A stretch of DNA of 64,000 bases from Eledone cirrhosa (taxonomy: Eukaryota), in NCBI GenBank assembly GCA_964016885.1, contig OZ024740.1:30690001-30754000 (forward strand), in the 5' to 3' direction. This document shows, in pieces, positions 32,643 through 43,989 of this stretch (positions are counted from its first letter, which is position 1; each line of letters starts with the position of its first letter). Below the pieces are notes generated by a model, which ran no database searches, was not told the DNA's origin, and saw only the letters and a program-made list of their open reading frames with translations. The position numbers were made by a program, and so were the translations under genes.

Positions 32643-33150
32643 ATATGATAGCTTAAAGAAGAGTTCAATTCCAACTTTTCTGGCCCTTCCCTTGAAGAGA
32701 AAAAAATTGTGTTGTCACCTTAGTGACCAGGTAAGTAAAAATAAATTACAACAGTTTCTTTTTCCTCATAACTCCAAGACGAATTATAAGGGCTTGGGAA
32801 AATAGATTTATTACTCCACACAACAATAGAATGTTTTCAACTCTTCTCTTCTATCAAGCTCTTATATAGACTATGTGCTGTCAGTGCAACCCTCACCCGT
32901 TTCCTTGAATTGCGGATTATATTTTAATAGATAGTTTGATAAAAATAAGTGTCTATGTCAAAACAAATAGTTTGATATGAGTAACACCCTGTGTTCTAAG
33001 AAATACTTTGATGTAATAAATAGCTGCTGACCTGAAAAATAATTATGTAGCTTAGACATTGATATTGTTCTAACAAGAAAATATAACAACAGCTAAAGCA
33101 ACAAAACCTGATGACATAAAGACAGACTTCTTTTCGTTACTCTTATTTCC

Positions 33151-33192
<42 letters not shown>

Positions 33193-33496
33193 TATAAATA
33201 AATACATAAACATTAATTGTTAGAGAATACAATATTGTATTCTCTAACAATTTCTATATTAATGCTCTGACTATACACTTTTTGCTTGACATATCTCTCG
33301 CTTACTTTCACTGTTCGCTTGTCTTGTACTTTATACGCATTGAGCACACTGTCCTTTTCACTACTGGCTTATAATTCTCACAACTAATCTCCTATCTCTC
33401 CTTCTTGATTGGTTAGTACAAATACTTTTGATATATTTCGTTTCTGAATTTGTTTAGCAAGATTCTTTATCTGAAATCGTGTGTTGAAACCGATAT

Positions 33497-33585
33497 TGTT
33501 ATACTTTGGGAGGGTCATGTTGCCAATAAGAAACACACGTGCGTGTGTTTCTTATTGGCAACATGACCCTCCCAAAGTATAACAA
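33497..33585. repeat. Near-perfect ~89-bp palindrome formed from a dispersed repeat (non-inverted copy at ~35013-35085)
   Basis: TTGTTATACTTTGGGAGGGTCATG...CATGACCCTCCCAAAGTATAACAA. Confidence 0.85.
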
Positions 33586-33988
33586 CTTTTGATATAAATA
33601 AGTATATATGTGTGAGTGTGTGTGTACATCTGTATTTTTTATGCTCCTAATTTAGTCGAGCAGCTTTTGTGAGGCAGTGTGTGAGCTATTTCTAGCGTTA
33701 CCACCTACCACTTTCATCCTATCGAACATTGTCGTTTTACTTTTATTCTACACGTGGTCTGAGCAATGGCTGGCCTTTTGTTCTCTGGGATTTAATATTT
33801 TTCTGGAATTACAAGATGCCTACTGATGATTGGTGATTCTTGGCTTCACCATTTATCGATGTTAAGTTAATCAATGGTAAATGATACCATATAGGCCGTG
33901 TAAAAACTTGGTCTCTTTCTCTGCTTTTTAGCCTAATTATATTGTTCTCTGTAAAATATTAGATATGTGGCAGTGTGCAGGCGATCAG

Positions 33989-34037
<49 letters not shown>

Positions 34038-34199
34038 CTTCAATACTCCCTCGTTCTTCTTTCCGCTCTCCCCAGCTTTCTCTTTTTATCTCTCTCTCTC
34101 AATCTCTCCTTCTCTTTTCCTCCCCTCTTTCTTTCTCAATTTTACTCATTTTCCCCTATCCTTCTCTTTCTTTCTTTCTCTCTTTTCCTCTCATAACTT

Positions 34200-34335
34200 C
34201 CATCCCTACCGGCGCTGAGCTGGCCAGCCGCAGGTGTGAGCCTCGCGAGCTGGTATGGCTTTTCCAGCGCGTCTCCCTTGCTGTCCTCCGGGGAAATGCC
34301 TTCTCCATTCTGTCCGCCGGGGCTGTGGGGAGGCC
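34200..34335 (+). mobile_element. 3' fragment of the same CRE element
   Basis: GAELASRRCEPRELVWLFQRVSLAVLRGNAF. Confidence 0.85.
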
Positions 34336-34888
34336 ACCAATATGATTGACTGACTTGTCATTTTATCAGTCAGATGTTTTTAGACATCACCCAGTTAATT
34401 ATGATTCATTCTGTGCTGTATAGATGCAAATATGTTGCCAATATGCCCACACATTTGGAGGTTATCGTGCCTGTACTTCCATCCCTGTTTTAGGAACTGA
34501 CCACCTGCTAATTAATTCATAGCCACCGAACTCGAATATCATTCAGCTAGACACCTGTCACCAAAACAACAGACTTTAAGTAGCACCAAGAGAACAAGAG
34601 AACTAGAATACACCCAACAATTGTTCTCAACAACAGAAACATACCACACGCATAGAAGACAAAAATATTAGGAAATATGTACAACACTTCAACAACATTC
34701 ACAGCACGCATGTATGACTGTAAATAAAACAAAACGACACGTAAGTATACTTAGATTGCTAGATAGAGTTATCACATTTTGGCCAACAGAAAGTAACATC
34801 AACACTAACGTACATTATATAAAACGTACAAGGACTGCGGAACTTCACTTTAGCTGGTATGGGGGGAGGGTAATAAAAAAGCTACCAT

Positions 34889-35012
<124 letters not shown>

Positions 35013-35539
35013 GTTTTGCGAGGTTTTTGATATGAAATCGTGTGTCGAAACAAATATTTTTATACTTGGGGAGGGTCATATTTGTGTAATAGTATTGCCA
35101 GAATTAATAACAGAACACACTCACTGTTTGGTTGGTTTTCGCTTCTGTGTCTTTTATATCGGTTAATTTAATTTTTTTTTATTCGGTCCTCAATGTTACC
35201 ATTGACTGACCAACGGTCAAAAATACAGATATAATATAGACACAAACACATATATATAGTCTAACAAAATTCTTTCTTTGCACATCTGCAACATCGTCAG
35301 TGGTGCTATTATGTTTCCTCCCGTTGTATTATATGCCTACGCCATCTTTATTTAGTCTGTTTATTTATTTATTTTTTTGTCTTCTCTGCGCATGCGTTTG
35401 CGTGTGTGTATAGTGTTTGATGTGTGTTCGTGTTTGGGTGACTGTGTATTGGTTATTGTATTCTATCTTAGTTTACTAGTGTGTGTTTATATGTGTTTGT
35501 TGTTTGTTGTATGTATTTATTTATTTATTTATACTTCTT

Positions 35540-36110
35540 ATTTATACTTCTCTTAGGTCAGTATTGTTTGTTTGGGTGTTGTTGTTATTCCATTCATTTT
35601 TTCTGTTTAGCCTTGGCCTTCTAAGTTCTATTTCGCTGGCCTCTCTGATTTGCCTATCTGCTGGGTCATTTCTATGTTTAGATATTATTCTAATTTCTAT
35701 GTTGTCTATGTTACCGTCGTGTTGTTGTCTGGCATGTTCGTATAGTACTGAACCGTTTTTTCGTCCTTTTAGTTCCCCCCCAGTGTTGGTCTATCCTTTC
35801 ACCTATGCTACGAGCTGTCTCGCTTATGTATGTTGTTGTCATGTTTCTGCAAGTACCCTCTGTACATCTTATGCTATATACTACGTTTCTAGTTTTATAG
35901 TTTATCCGGGGGTTTACTTTACATATAATACATTTCCTATTAGTACAGTGGGTTTTCTTAAAAGGGTAGGTTTTGCTGATCAGGGATTTTATGGTGGTTC
36001 CTGACTTTTCTACCACCTTAATCTTTAAGTGGGTCTTTCTCAGGGCCTTTCTACACTGGTTAGCTAATTTCCCTCCAGGAGTAACTGTAACATTAGGACC
36101 CCTTTCAGAA
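35540..36110 (-). mobile_element. Neptune-type Penelope-like element 3' fragment (GIY-YIG)
   Basis: VVEKSG, CTNRKCIIC, NVVYSIRC...YISETARSIGERIDQH; next frame DPADRQIREASEI...LNRKNEW. Confidence 0.8.
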
Positions 36111-37427
36111 CTTCTTACTTAAACATCTCTCTGCATATTATTTACTCACTTCAATCTATATATTTTTTCTACTCACCTCAATCCGGATACTCACTTGAAA
36201 AATCTTTAATTGTTTAGTTTCTATTTGTTAATTTTTAATTTATAATTTCTGATACTTGATTTAGGGTTTTCAATTTTAAATTGTAATTTTTAGTTCTAAT
36301 TTCACTTATAACTTCCAATATGAAACTATGATACATAGAATTAAAAATATATACTCTTAGGGGTTGATGGTCAGTTATTAGTGAGAGGTAGTATAGAGAC
36401 CTGTAAATACTAACACTCTCCCATCCCCACTGGTTTTCGGCTGACTGTCACAGATGGGATGGGTAGCAGTAAACTATGGTGCTGGCTTGAATGGGTCATT
36501 GTCTGGCTGAGAGAGGGAACTGACCAAGCGAATTTCGTTTAAATCTGCGGTAGCTAATGGTCAACTTCCCCCTGGACCTGCGCCTGCGCAGACCAGTGGG
36601 GGTGAATTGGTACTCACAGGGGAACGGATGAAGAACCCAAAAGCACATACTTCGTCCGTTCCCATGTCGATTCAATTTGGATTGCCTCGGAAACATAACC
36701 TTATTATGTAACAAGCTGTCTGACGATGTCACGACACTCGCACACAGAACAGTGTGGCCACTTTTGCCATTGAAATATATATCACAGCATTATTATTAAA
36801 AGACTTGAACATCTAAAACTACTTCGCTTTTCCTTATTCGATATTTACTCCGTCACTCCTATGTGGAATAAGTACGTTGAGTGCTTGATTTGAATTACAT
36901 CAATGTTTACCCTAAGAATATATATATATATATATATATATATGGTTCTTTCTTCCCGTTTGACCTGTGAGTAATTCTTTTCTCTCACATTCTCGGCCAA
37001 GCTGGTCGGAATTTTTTCTCTCTCGTCTACGATTTCACAGAACTTATGTTTACCGAATTCGCAGACCAGACCCCTTCTTCCTCCCGTTAGACCTGTGCGA
37101 AATTCCTTCCTTGCTCACATTTCAACCAGGTTTGATGGTCTTTATTCTCTCGTTCACGATTTCACCGAACTTAAATTCATAGAAATCTGGGACTTGTCTC
37201 CTTCTTCCTCACTTTCTGTTGCTTCACCATTTTGTTTGTTTACCCTCGCGTCCCCTTTATTTACGTGTCCCAACGACTTTCTTTAGCCGTTGCTCGCACC
37301 AACCGGAGGTATATGGTCTTTAAAGCGATGAAATGCCTATGATAGTTGGAAGATCACTGATGAAGGACAAACTTTTTTCATATGTAACCCAATTGCAACT
37401 CCGCAGCGCCCTTATTATTATATATAT

Positions 37428-37790
37428 GGTATTAGTATTGATGCTCTGAAATAGCGATGTATACATGAATGTATGTATAGTATATTTGGCAATATACTGT
37501 ATGTTTAATTAAAAACATTTAGAAGACCATTCGCTATGAATTCTAAAGTAGTGACTATGTCATTACTTAATCTCGGCAAATAACAGACAGTCTGTTTCTC
37601 GCTTGTGAGCATTTATCAAGACCACATTCATGTATACATCGGTATTTCAGAACATCAATCCTAATACCTAATTTTTGCTGGACCGGCAGTCGCTCTATAT
37701 AATCAGGTCCTGATTATTACTGGAATTCTATAAGAATCCAGCTTCTATAATTCTCGGCAAAGCCAACAGAGTGTGTGGTCTTGATAAAGG
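37428..37790. mobile_element. F1 retrozyme-like copy, inverted and circularly permuted; degenerate hammerhead ~37580-37626 (-)
   Basis: Homology to 4403-4673 and 43615-43910; TTGATAA..GAAA-CAGACTG-TC. Confidence 0.65.
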
Positions 37791-37963
37791 CAATATCGGT
37801 AGAGGGTCGGACACCATGCTTTGACGCATAGAGTTACGGCCTTTGCCATTCTGAGTTCAAATCCCGCCGATGTTAACTTGGCCTTTCATCCTTACGGAGT
37901 CGATCAAATAAAGTACCAGTAATGCACTGGGTAATTGCTGGCCTTCTGCCAGAAGTAGAAACA
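37788..37963 (+). mobile_element. tRNA-derived SINE
   Basis: Same family as 22996-23176. Confidence 0.8.
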
Positions 37964-38448
37964 ATTATTTATAGCGTTATCCACCCTCTCTGTCCCTGTC
38001 ATTCAGTGTACTTTTCTCTTAAAATAAAAACCCAGAAACATCTAGAACACTACTACGGTATTATCATAAACTCTTCCTCTCATTCCCGATAAACATTAAA
38101 AACATACATACAAATATAGCTGTAGTTGCATTATTAATAACGCCATACACTTTAAACACTTTGCTGGGATACAATCACACTCCCAATCAATCCAAAATAT
38201 CGAATTATGTTCAATAGTAACTATCTTTAATCTTCGTTTTACTTGTTTTATACCACAATATGATGTGGCTTTGTGGCAAACAACACAAACAGTTTATTGA
38301 CAGCACCACGATATGTTTAAGCCAGCAAAATATGATTAGATGTATGGAAGTGTTTAAACAGAAAGTAGCAGAAATCATGGAGAGTTTTAAAATATTTGGC
38401 TTCAAATCCAGCCAATAGCGATTTTACCTTTCACCACTCCGGAGTCAA

Positions 38449-38606
38449 TGGCGGTGAATTGACAGAGTCGTTAGAATGTCGGATAGAGTGCTTTATGGTA
38501 TTTGTTCCAGCTCTCTGCTCTCTGAGTTCAAATTCTGCCAAAGTCAATTTTGGCTTTCATCCTTTCAAGGTCGATAAAAAATGTACCAGTCAAGTACTAG
38601 GATCGA
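38449..38606 (+). mobile_element. tRNA-derived SINE, diverged
   Basis: CTGAGTTCAAATTCTGCC...CTTTCATCC...GGTCGATAAAA..GTACCAGT. Confidence 0.7.
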
Positions 38607-39786
38607 TTGTTTCTTTATGTCTCTTTTTACTTCATTTCTGTCACTTTCTATCCTTCTCTAGAAGAAATCTGTTGTACTCAGCCTGGAGAGGGATGAGCTC
38701 TGCTAAGCTTAAAATACCCAAGAAACGCCGTATGCCTTTACGGTGCCTCTACGACTCCATCAGGGTTTATGGGGTCATGCCATACCACACCATACCCTCC
38801 GAAGTTAATATATACCAATAATCGGAGTGAATGCAATTTATCATCATTCTTCCCTAAAAATGGGTGTCTGTGTCTCACAAATGAGGGAAAACAATATTGA
38901 GTTTGGTAAAAGTTAACAGGTGTTAACATTGGAATCTCTTTTGTGATATGTCGAGTAAACATAATCGATAAATTATTTTGTATTCGTGTGTATGGGTTGG
39001 TCTAAACCGTTGCACTAACAGATAAAATCAAGCGGATTTTATTTCTTCGAGGTCATATTATTGATCAAAGAGATAAAGACTTAGTAAGTAAATAAACCCA
39101 GAGACAAATAAATCTATATTAATTACTCAGTTGGTAACAGCATTGTTAGACAAAACAGGGCGCAGTGTTTATAATCCCACGCAAGTGTGGTAAATAAAGT
39201 CAATAGTTTGTTTTTCCACACCAAGAAGTTTGTGCTGTTTTCTGATTCTGCCTCTACACGTATTCTGTTTTCCCGTAAGTATAGCTTGGAGGATAATGGG
39301 ATTGCAAGGCTTCTATCTTAGATAGTCTACATGAAGTCTAAATTCTTCAAGTAGTACCGAAAACCCTTGGCTGAAAGGTCATACGTTTTATGTTAGGTTT
39401 TTATCTTTAGTCCGGTCCTGTACATTTGTAATAAAAGGGCTCACAATCGACATTACACTAATATAAATTATATGTTTGCAACTTCCGAAAGACCATACTT
39501 CAAGTGAATAATAAAAGCATAATATGAGTCAAAGGTAGCTTTTTTTTTTAGTGTTTCATTGTAAAGATCATATAGCATTAGAGAATCATGAAGGCCATAA
39601 ATAAGAATACATAACAACAATATTACATCTAGAACTCGGAGGAAATAAAAATCAGTTCACCAAGATAGATGAATGTCAAGGAAAAGCATCTTGAACGCTA
39701 AGGGAAAACAACCAAAAAAATAATATTCAGAATGAATACCAAAACATACTTTTGGTGTACAAAAAATATCAATATAACTATACAAA

Positions 39787-39817
<31 letters not shown>

Positions 39818-39833
39818 CACAGCGCATATATGT

Positions 39834-39865
<32 letters not shown>

Positions 39866-39866
<1 letters not shown>

Positions 39867-40053
39867 GTAAAAGAGTCAGAATCCCGGCGGCAGAAGTCAA
39901 GCCGTTTCGAGTCCAGAAATAGCTGTCGAAACGGCTTGAGCTCTGCCGTCGGGGTTCTGACTCTTTTCCTATTACTCACTCTACTACCAAAAGTATTGAG
40001 TACTCTGGTCCGTTATGGTCCACCTGATTCCTTACCACACTTCCTTCGTTATA
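39866..40053 (+). mobile_element. F2 copy with inverted 5' duplication
   Basis: AGTCCAGAAATAGCTGTCGAAACGGC...CCTTCGTTATAT preceded by its partial reverse complement. Confidence 0.75.
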
Positions 40054-40054
40054 T

Positions 40055-41670
40055 ATAAAGTCAGATATAATAGAATAGATAACCGCACCAAAGATCACGT
40101 CTCCGGCGACGGTGAATACTGTAGATTACTCAAACTATTCCCCTATTACAAAACCAACAAAGGCGACGGCCTACTACCAACGCCTTCCAACCAACATCTT
40201 CGTGTACATAAACATGGAAGAGGTAGAAGGAGTGCACCCGAGCATAAAGTGAAAGGGGCACCGAACGGGCGACAGCGCATTAACACACATAAGAGCGATC
40301 ACTTAGATGGAACCACCCGTAGCAAAAGTACAAGGACACGTAATCGCCACCGTAACGTCCTATGGTTCCACCCCCCCCCCCCCCCTACTCTCGAAGTGTG
40401 GCCTCCAACATACCCCGGATATTCTTCGAAGCCTTAGAGAAGAACTTCCCACCCAACCATAGGTATAGAAAAATTCTTAATAGGAACAATATAAAAATAT
40501 CCTTCTCTACTACTCCTAACCTAGCAGACATCATAGGAACAACGAACCACAGTAAGATCACCAAGACACAGCACCTCGACACAGACGCACCTACACCTGA
40601 CAATAACTATATCGGCCTTAACAACTCCCTGACAGCATCCAATAGTGTTGGCAGCGGCATCCGCAGACGCAACCAGAATGACCGCGAAGTGACTGGGGAA
40701 CATGCAGAACATGACGTGCAGAATAACAATCGCACCATCCCGCGTGCTGTGGGTTGTAATTGTGCTAACGACAGCTGCGGTAGCGTAGGTAACAACGTAG
40801 GCAGCAATAATGATAGCCTTACCGTGGGAAATAGACGGAACCGCGACAGAAATTGCAACTGCCGCGACAGAGGACGCTGCCCCCTTAGAGGATACTGCTT
40901 GACTGATAGGGTTATATATAGATGCACTATTACTAGCCACAATAGCGTTAAACATTATATAGGGGCCACCTCCGGCCCGTTTAAAATTAGGTTTCGAACA
41001 CATCTCCACTCTTTCACAAATAGAAAACTAAGGCACTCCACTTCGCTCGCGGACTACATCACATCACTAAAGGACTTAAACATCAGCTTCTCCACGCACT
41101 GGGAGATTGTCGGCAGGGCTGCACCGTACAACTTCAAGAGGAAATGCGATCTTTGCCTCATGGAGCTCTACCACATCATAACTGCATCCCACGAGCTCAT
41201 CAACAGCAGAGCTGAAACAGCGATAAGTTGTACACATCGCTTAAAAATATCCTTCTTTAGATGGGTTAAGAATGAAGAGTGAAATAGTACAGTGGATCTC
41301 CCTGCAACAAGTCTTAACACCCCGGCGGGCAGGCGCAGCAAAATAACACCCAGAAAACAATCCTTGCATACCAGACCCAGCCTCAGACAAACGGATGCGG
41401 CAAAAAAAAAAAAAAAAATTATCCAGGAAAGACTGCCCTAACACCGGCCAGAGTTACCTCCCTTGACCTGCTGCAAAATCAAAACAAGATATTTTTGCGA
41501 GCAATGAATCTTGATGTAGATTTAACCCCCCAAACTCTTTCCGAACTATATAAGGAACACTTGTGATTATTTATGCCCTTGAGAAGCCCAACTGGGCGAA
41601 ACGTACGTAGGTGATATTTTAAATAAACATGTTTTAACGGTCTATTCTCCGATTTTTTACTTTCCCACGT
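40055..41670 (+). mobile_element. Penelope-like element D, 3' part (linker + GIY-YIG to 41282) and 3' pLTR
   Basis: RNVLWF.PP (C-run frameshift), KNFPPNHRY, CNCRDRGRCPL, VIY..YIG, CDLC..E, LIN. Confidence 0.9.
41573..41616 (+). ncRNA. Minimal hammerhead with U3-A8 core, 3' end of PLE D
   Basis: CC-TTGAGAA-GCCC aact GGGC-GAAA-CGTACG-TA-GG; stem I short/imperfect. Confidence 0.65.
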
Positions 41671-41820
41671 ATATATATATATATATATATATATACGATA
41701 TTAATAAATGGAAACTATATTTATTAATATCGTATATCTACTCCAAATACTTGTCGAGTGCTTTATATCAGTTATAAAAATATTTACTTGTTGTATCCCA
41801 ACAATTTTAAATAGAACTTT

Positions 41821-41908
<88 letters not shown>

Positions 41909-42056
41909 AGTGGGAAATGAAATTTCGTTTCATTTTTTCCGTTTATCGTTTTCGGTGCACCCGGCCGATTAACCCATTCGATATGCAAATTGGGCTACTC
42001 AGCCGTTAATATGCATAAGGTAAGTATATACGTTCAACAATCTGGCAGGAAGGTAT

Positions 42057-42099
42057 ACGTTGCTGACGATAGCTAATAAGCTTGAAACTAGTACAGCGT
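42057..42099 (+). ncRNA. Minimal type I hammerhead
   Basis: ACGTTG-CTGACGA-tAGCT aata AGCTt-GAAA-CTAG-TA-CAGCGT. Confidence 0.88.
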
Positions 42100-42476
42100 T
42101 CCTTTGTCAGTGTTGAACAAACGAGCAACGATGGTTGCTAGACACTACGGCTTAATACGGGATGTTTGTTTACAAACACACCGAGCATTATAATAAATGT
42201 TCGGTGAATCCATACGTACATATATATATGTGTGCATGTATGTATATATATATACATACTACTGTACGTCTGTATACATATATGTATGCACGTGTACATA
42301 CTTATATTTAAGTAACAGCCGTACTAAGAGTGGGAAATGAAATTTCGTTTCATTTTTTCCGTTTATCGTTTTCGGTGCACCCGGCCGATTAACCCACTCG
42401 ATATGCAAATTGGACTACTCAGCCGTTAATATGCATAAGGTAAGTATATACGTTCAACAATCTGGCAGGAAGGTAT

Positions 42477-42519
42477 ACGTTGCTGACGATAGCTAATAAG
42501 CTTGAAACTAGTACAGAGT
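42477..42519 (+). ncRNA. Minimal type I hammerhead, second unit
   Basis: Same as 42057-42099 with one stem I mismatch. Confidence 0.85.
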
Positions 42520-42787
42520 TCCTTTGTCAGTGTTGAACAAACGAGCAACAATGGTTGCTAGACACTACGGCTTAATACGGGATGTTTGTTTACAAACACA
42601 CCGAGCATTATAATAAATGTTCGGTGAATCCATACGTACATATATATATGTGTGCATGTATGTATATATATATGTATACATACTACTGTACGTCTGTATA
42701 CATATATGTATGCACGTGTACATACTTATATTTAAGTAACAGCCGTACTAAGAGTGGGAAATGAAATTTCGTTTCATTTTTTCCGTT

Positions 42788-42821
<34 letters not shown>

Positions 42822-42823
<2 letters not shown>

Positions 42824-43561
42824 AAGAAAAAAAGATGAAATCGAAAATACAACTGGAGTCTTATTTAAAAAAATATATATATATTTATTTGGTCCCTTTT
42901 CCTTTACCGGTTTCGTAGTTCTTCTGCTTTTCAAAAGTAGAGTTGAGATGGGGGGTCTGTGGTTTTTCTTACATCTGGTTGGTCTCTGAATGTTACTTGT
43001 TTTATATGGAAAAGTGGCTCGAAATGCCAGGTTTTTAGAGAAGTATTTGATTGGTTGGTCAATAATTATAATAAATTTGCTTGTCATAAAATTCTCTAAA
43101 AAGGCTACAGAATAGATTTCCAAATAAGGGCGCGAAAATTTAATGAAAACTTGTTCACGTGACAGCCATAATTTGATTTATAACCAATCAAATTACGTTT
43201 ATTTTAAAAAAAGCCTTCGTGAGCCCCCTTTTTTTAAGTAAAAAGAAAAAAACAACCTATACCACCCCTCCACCCCCCTGGTTTGAAGAACTTTGTAACG
43301 CGAACTGGCGCGAAATTTATTATAACTATTGACCAACCAATCAAATTACTTCTCTAAAAACCTGGCATTTCGAGCCACTTTTTTCTATATAAAACAAGTA
43401 ACATTCAGAGACCAACCAGGTGTGAGAAAAACCACAGACCCTCCATCTCAACTCTACTTTTGAAAAGTAGAAGAACTGCGAAACCGGTAAAGGAACCAAA
43501 TAAATATATATATATTTTTTTAAATAAGACTCCAGTTGCATTTTCGATTTCATCTTTTTTT

Positions 43562-43567
<6 letters not shown>
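42822..43567. repeat. Inverted pair of F3 copies
   Basis: 42822-43078 forward; 43081-43567 is the reverse complement of ~20040-20533. Confidence 0.8.
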
Positions 43568-43614
<47 letters not shown>

Positions 43615-43620
<6 letters not shown>

Positions 43621-43910
43621 TTGGTGCTCTGAAATAGCGATGTATATATAAATGTATAGATAGTGTATTTGGTAATACACTGTATGCTTAATTAAAAGCA
43701 TTTTGAAGACCCTACGCTATTGTTTTAAAGTAGTGACTATGTCACTTACTTTTTTCAACAAACAAAGGGAGATAAGCTGACAGATCTCTGTTTCATACTG
43801 TTGGTATTCCTCAGAGCTTAGGACTCCCTTTGTTTGTTGAAATTATTACTGGAATTCTATAAGAATCAATCATTCATAATTTTCAACAAACAAAGGGAGT
43901 GTTAAGCTTA
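43615..43910 (-). mobile_element. F1 retrozyme-like copy with inverted 5' piece
   Basis: Homology to 37428-37790; 19-bp inverted repeat around the hammerhead. Confidence 0.75.
43773..43820 (-). ncRNA. Type I hammerhead ribozyme
   Basis: TAAGCT-CTGAGGA-ATAC caaca GTAT-GAAA-CAGAGATCTG-TC-AGCTTA. Confidence 0.9.
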
Positions 43911-43989
43911 GATGCCAGGGCCTGAAAGGACCGCTTTCTCTTTGCACCGATCTCCGTCAGTTTTTTCCGTGTACAAATGTTCCTCATTG

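Larger units (their letters stand above)
41905..42789 (+). mobile_element. Tandem ~420-bp non-coding units each with a hammerhead (non-LTR retrozyme-like), 2.1 copies
   Basis: Unit starts at 41905, 42325, 42749; flanked by (TA)n. Confidence 0.85.

Noticed and set aside
38396-38821. 141-aa ORF as a host gene
   Set aside because: TTG start, largely SINE sequence, no recognisable domain
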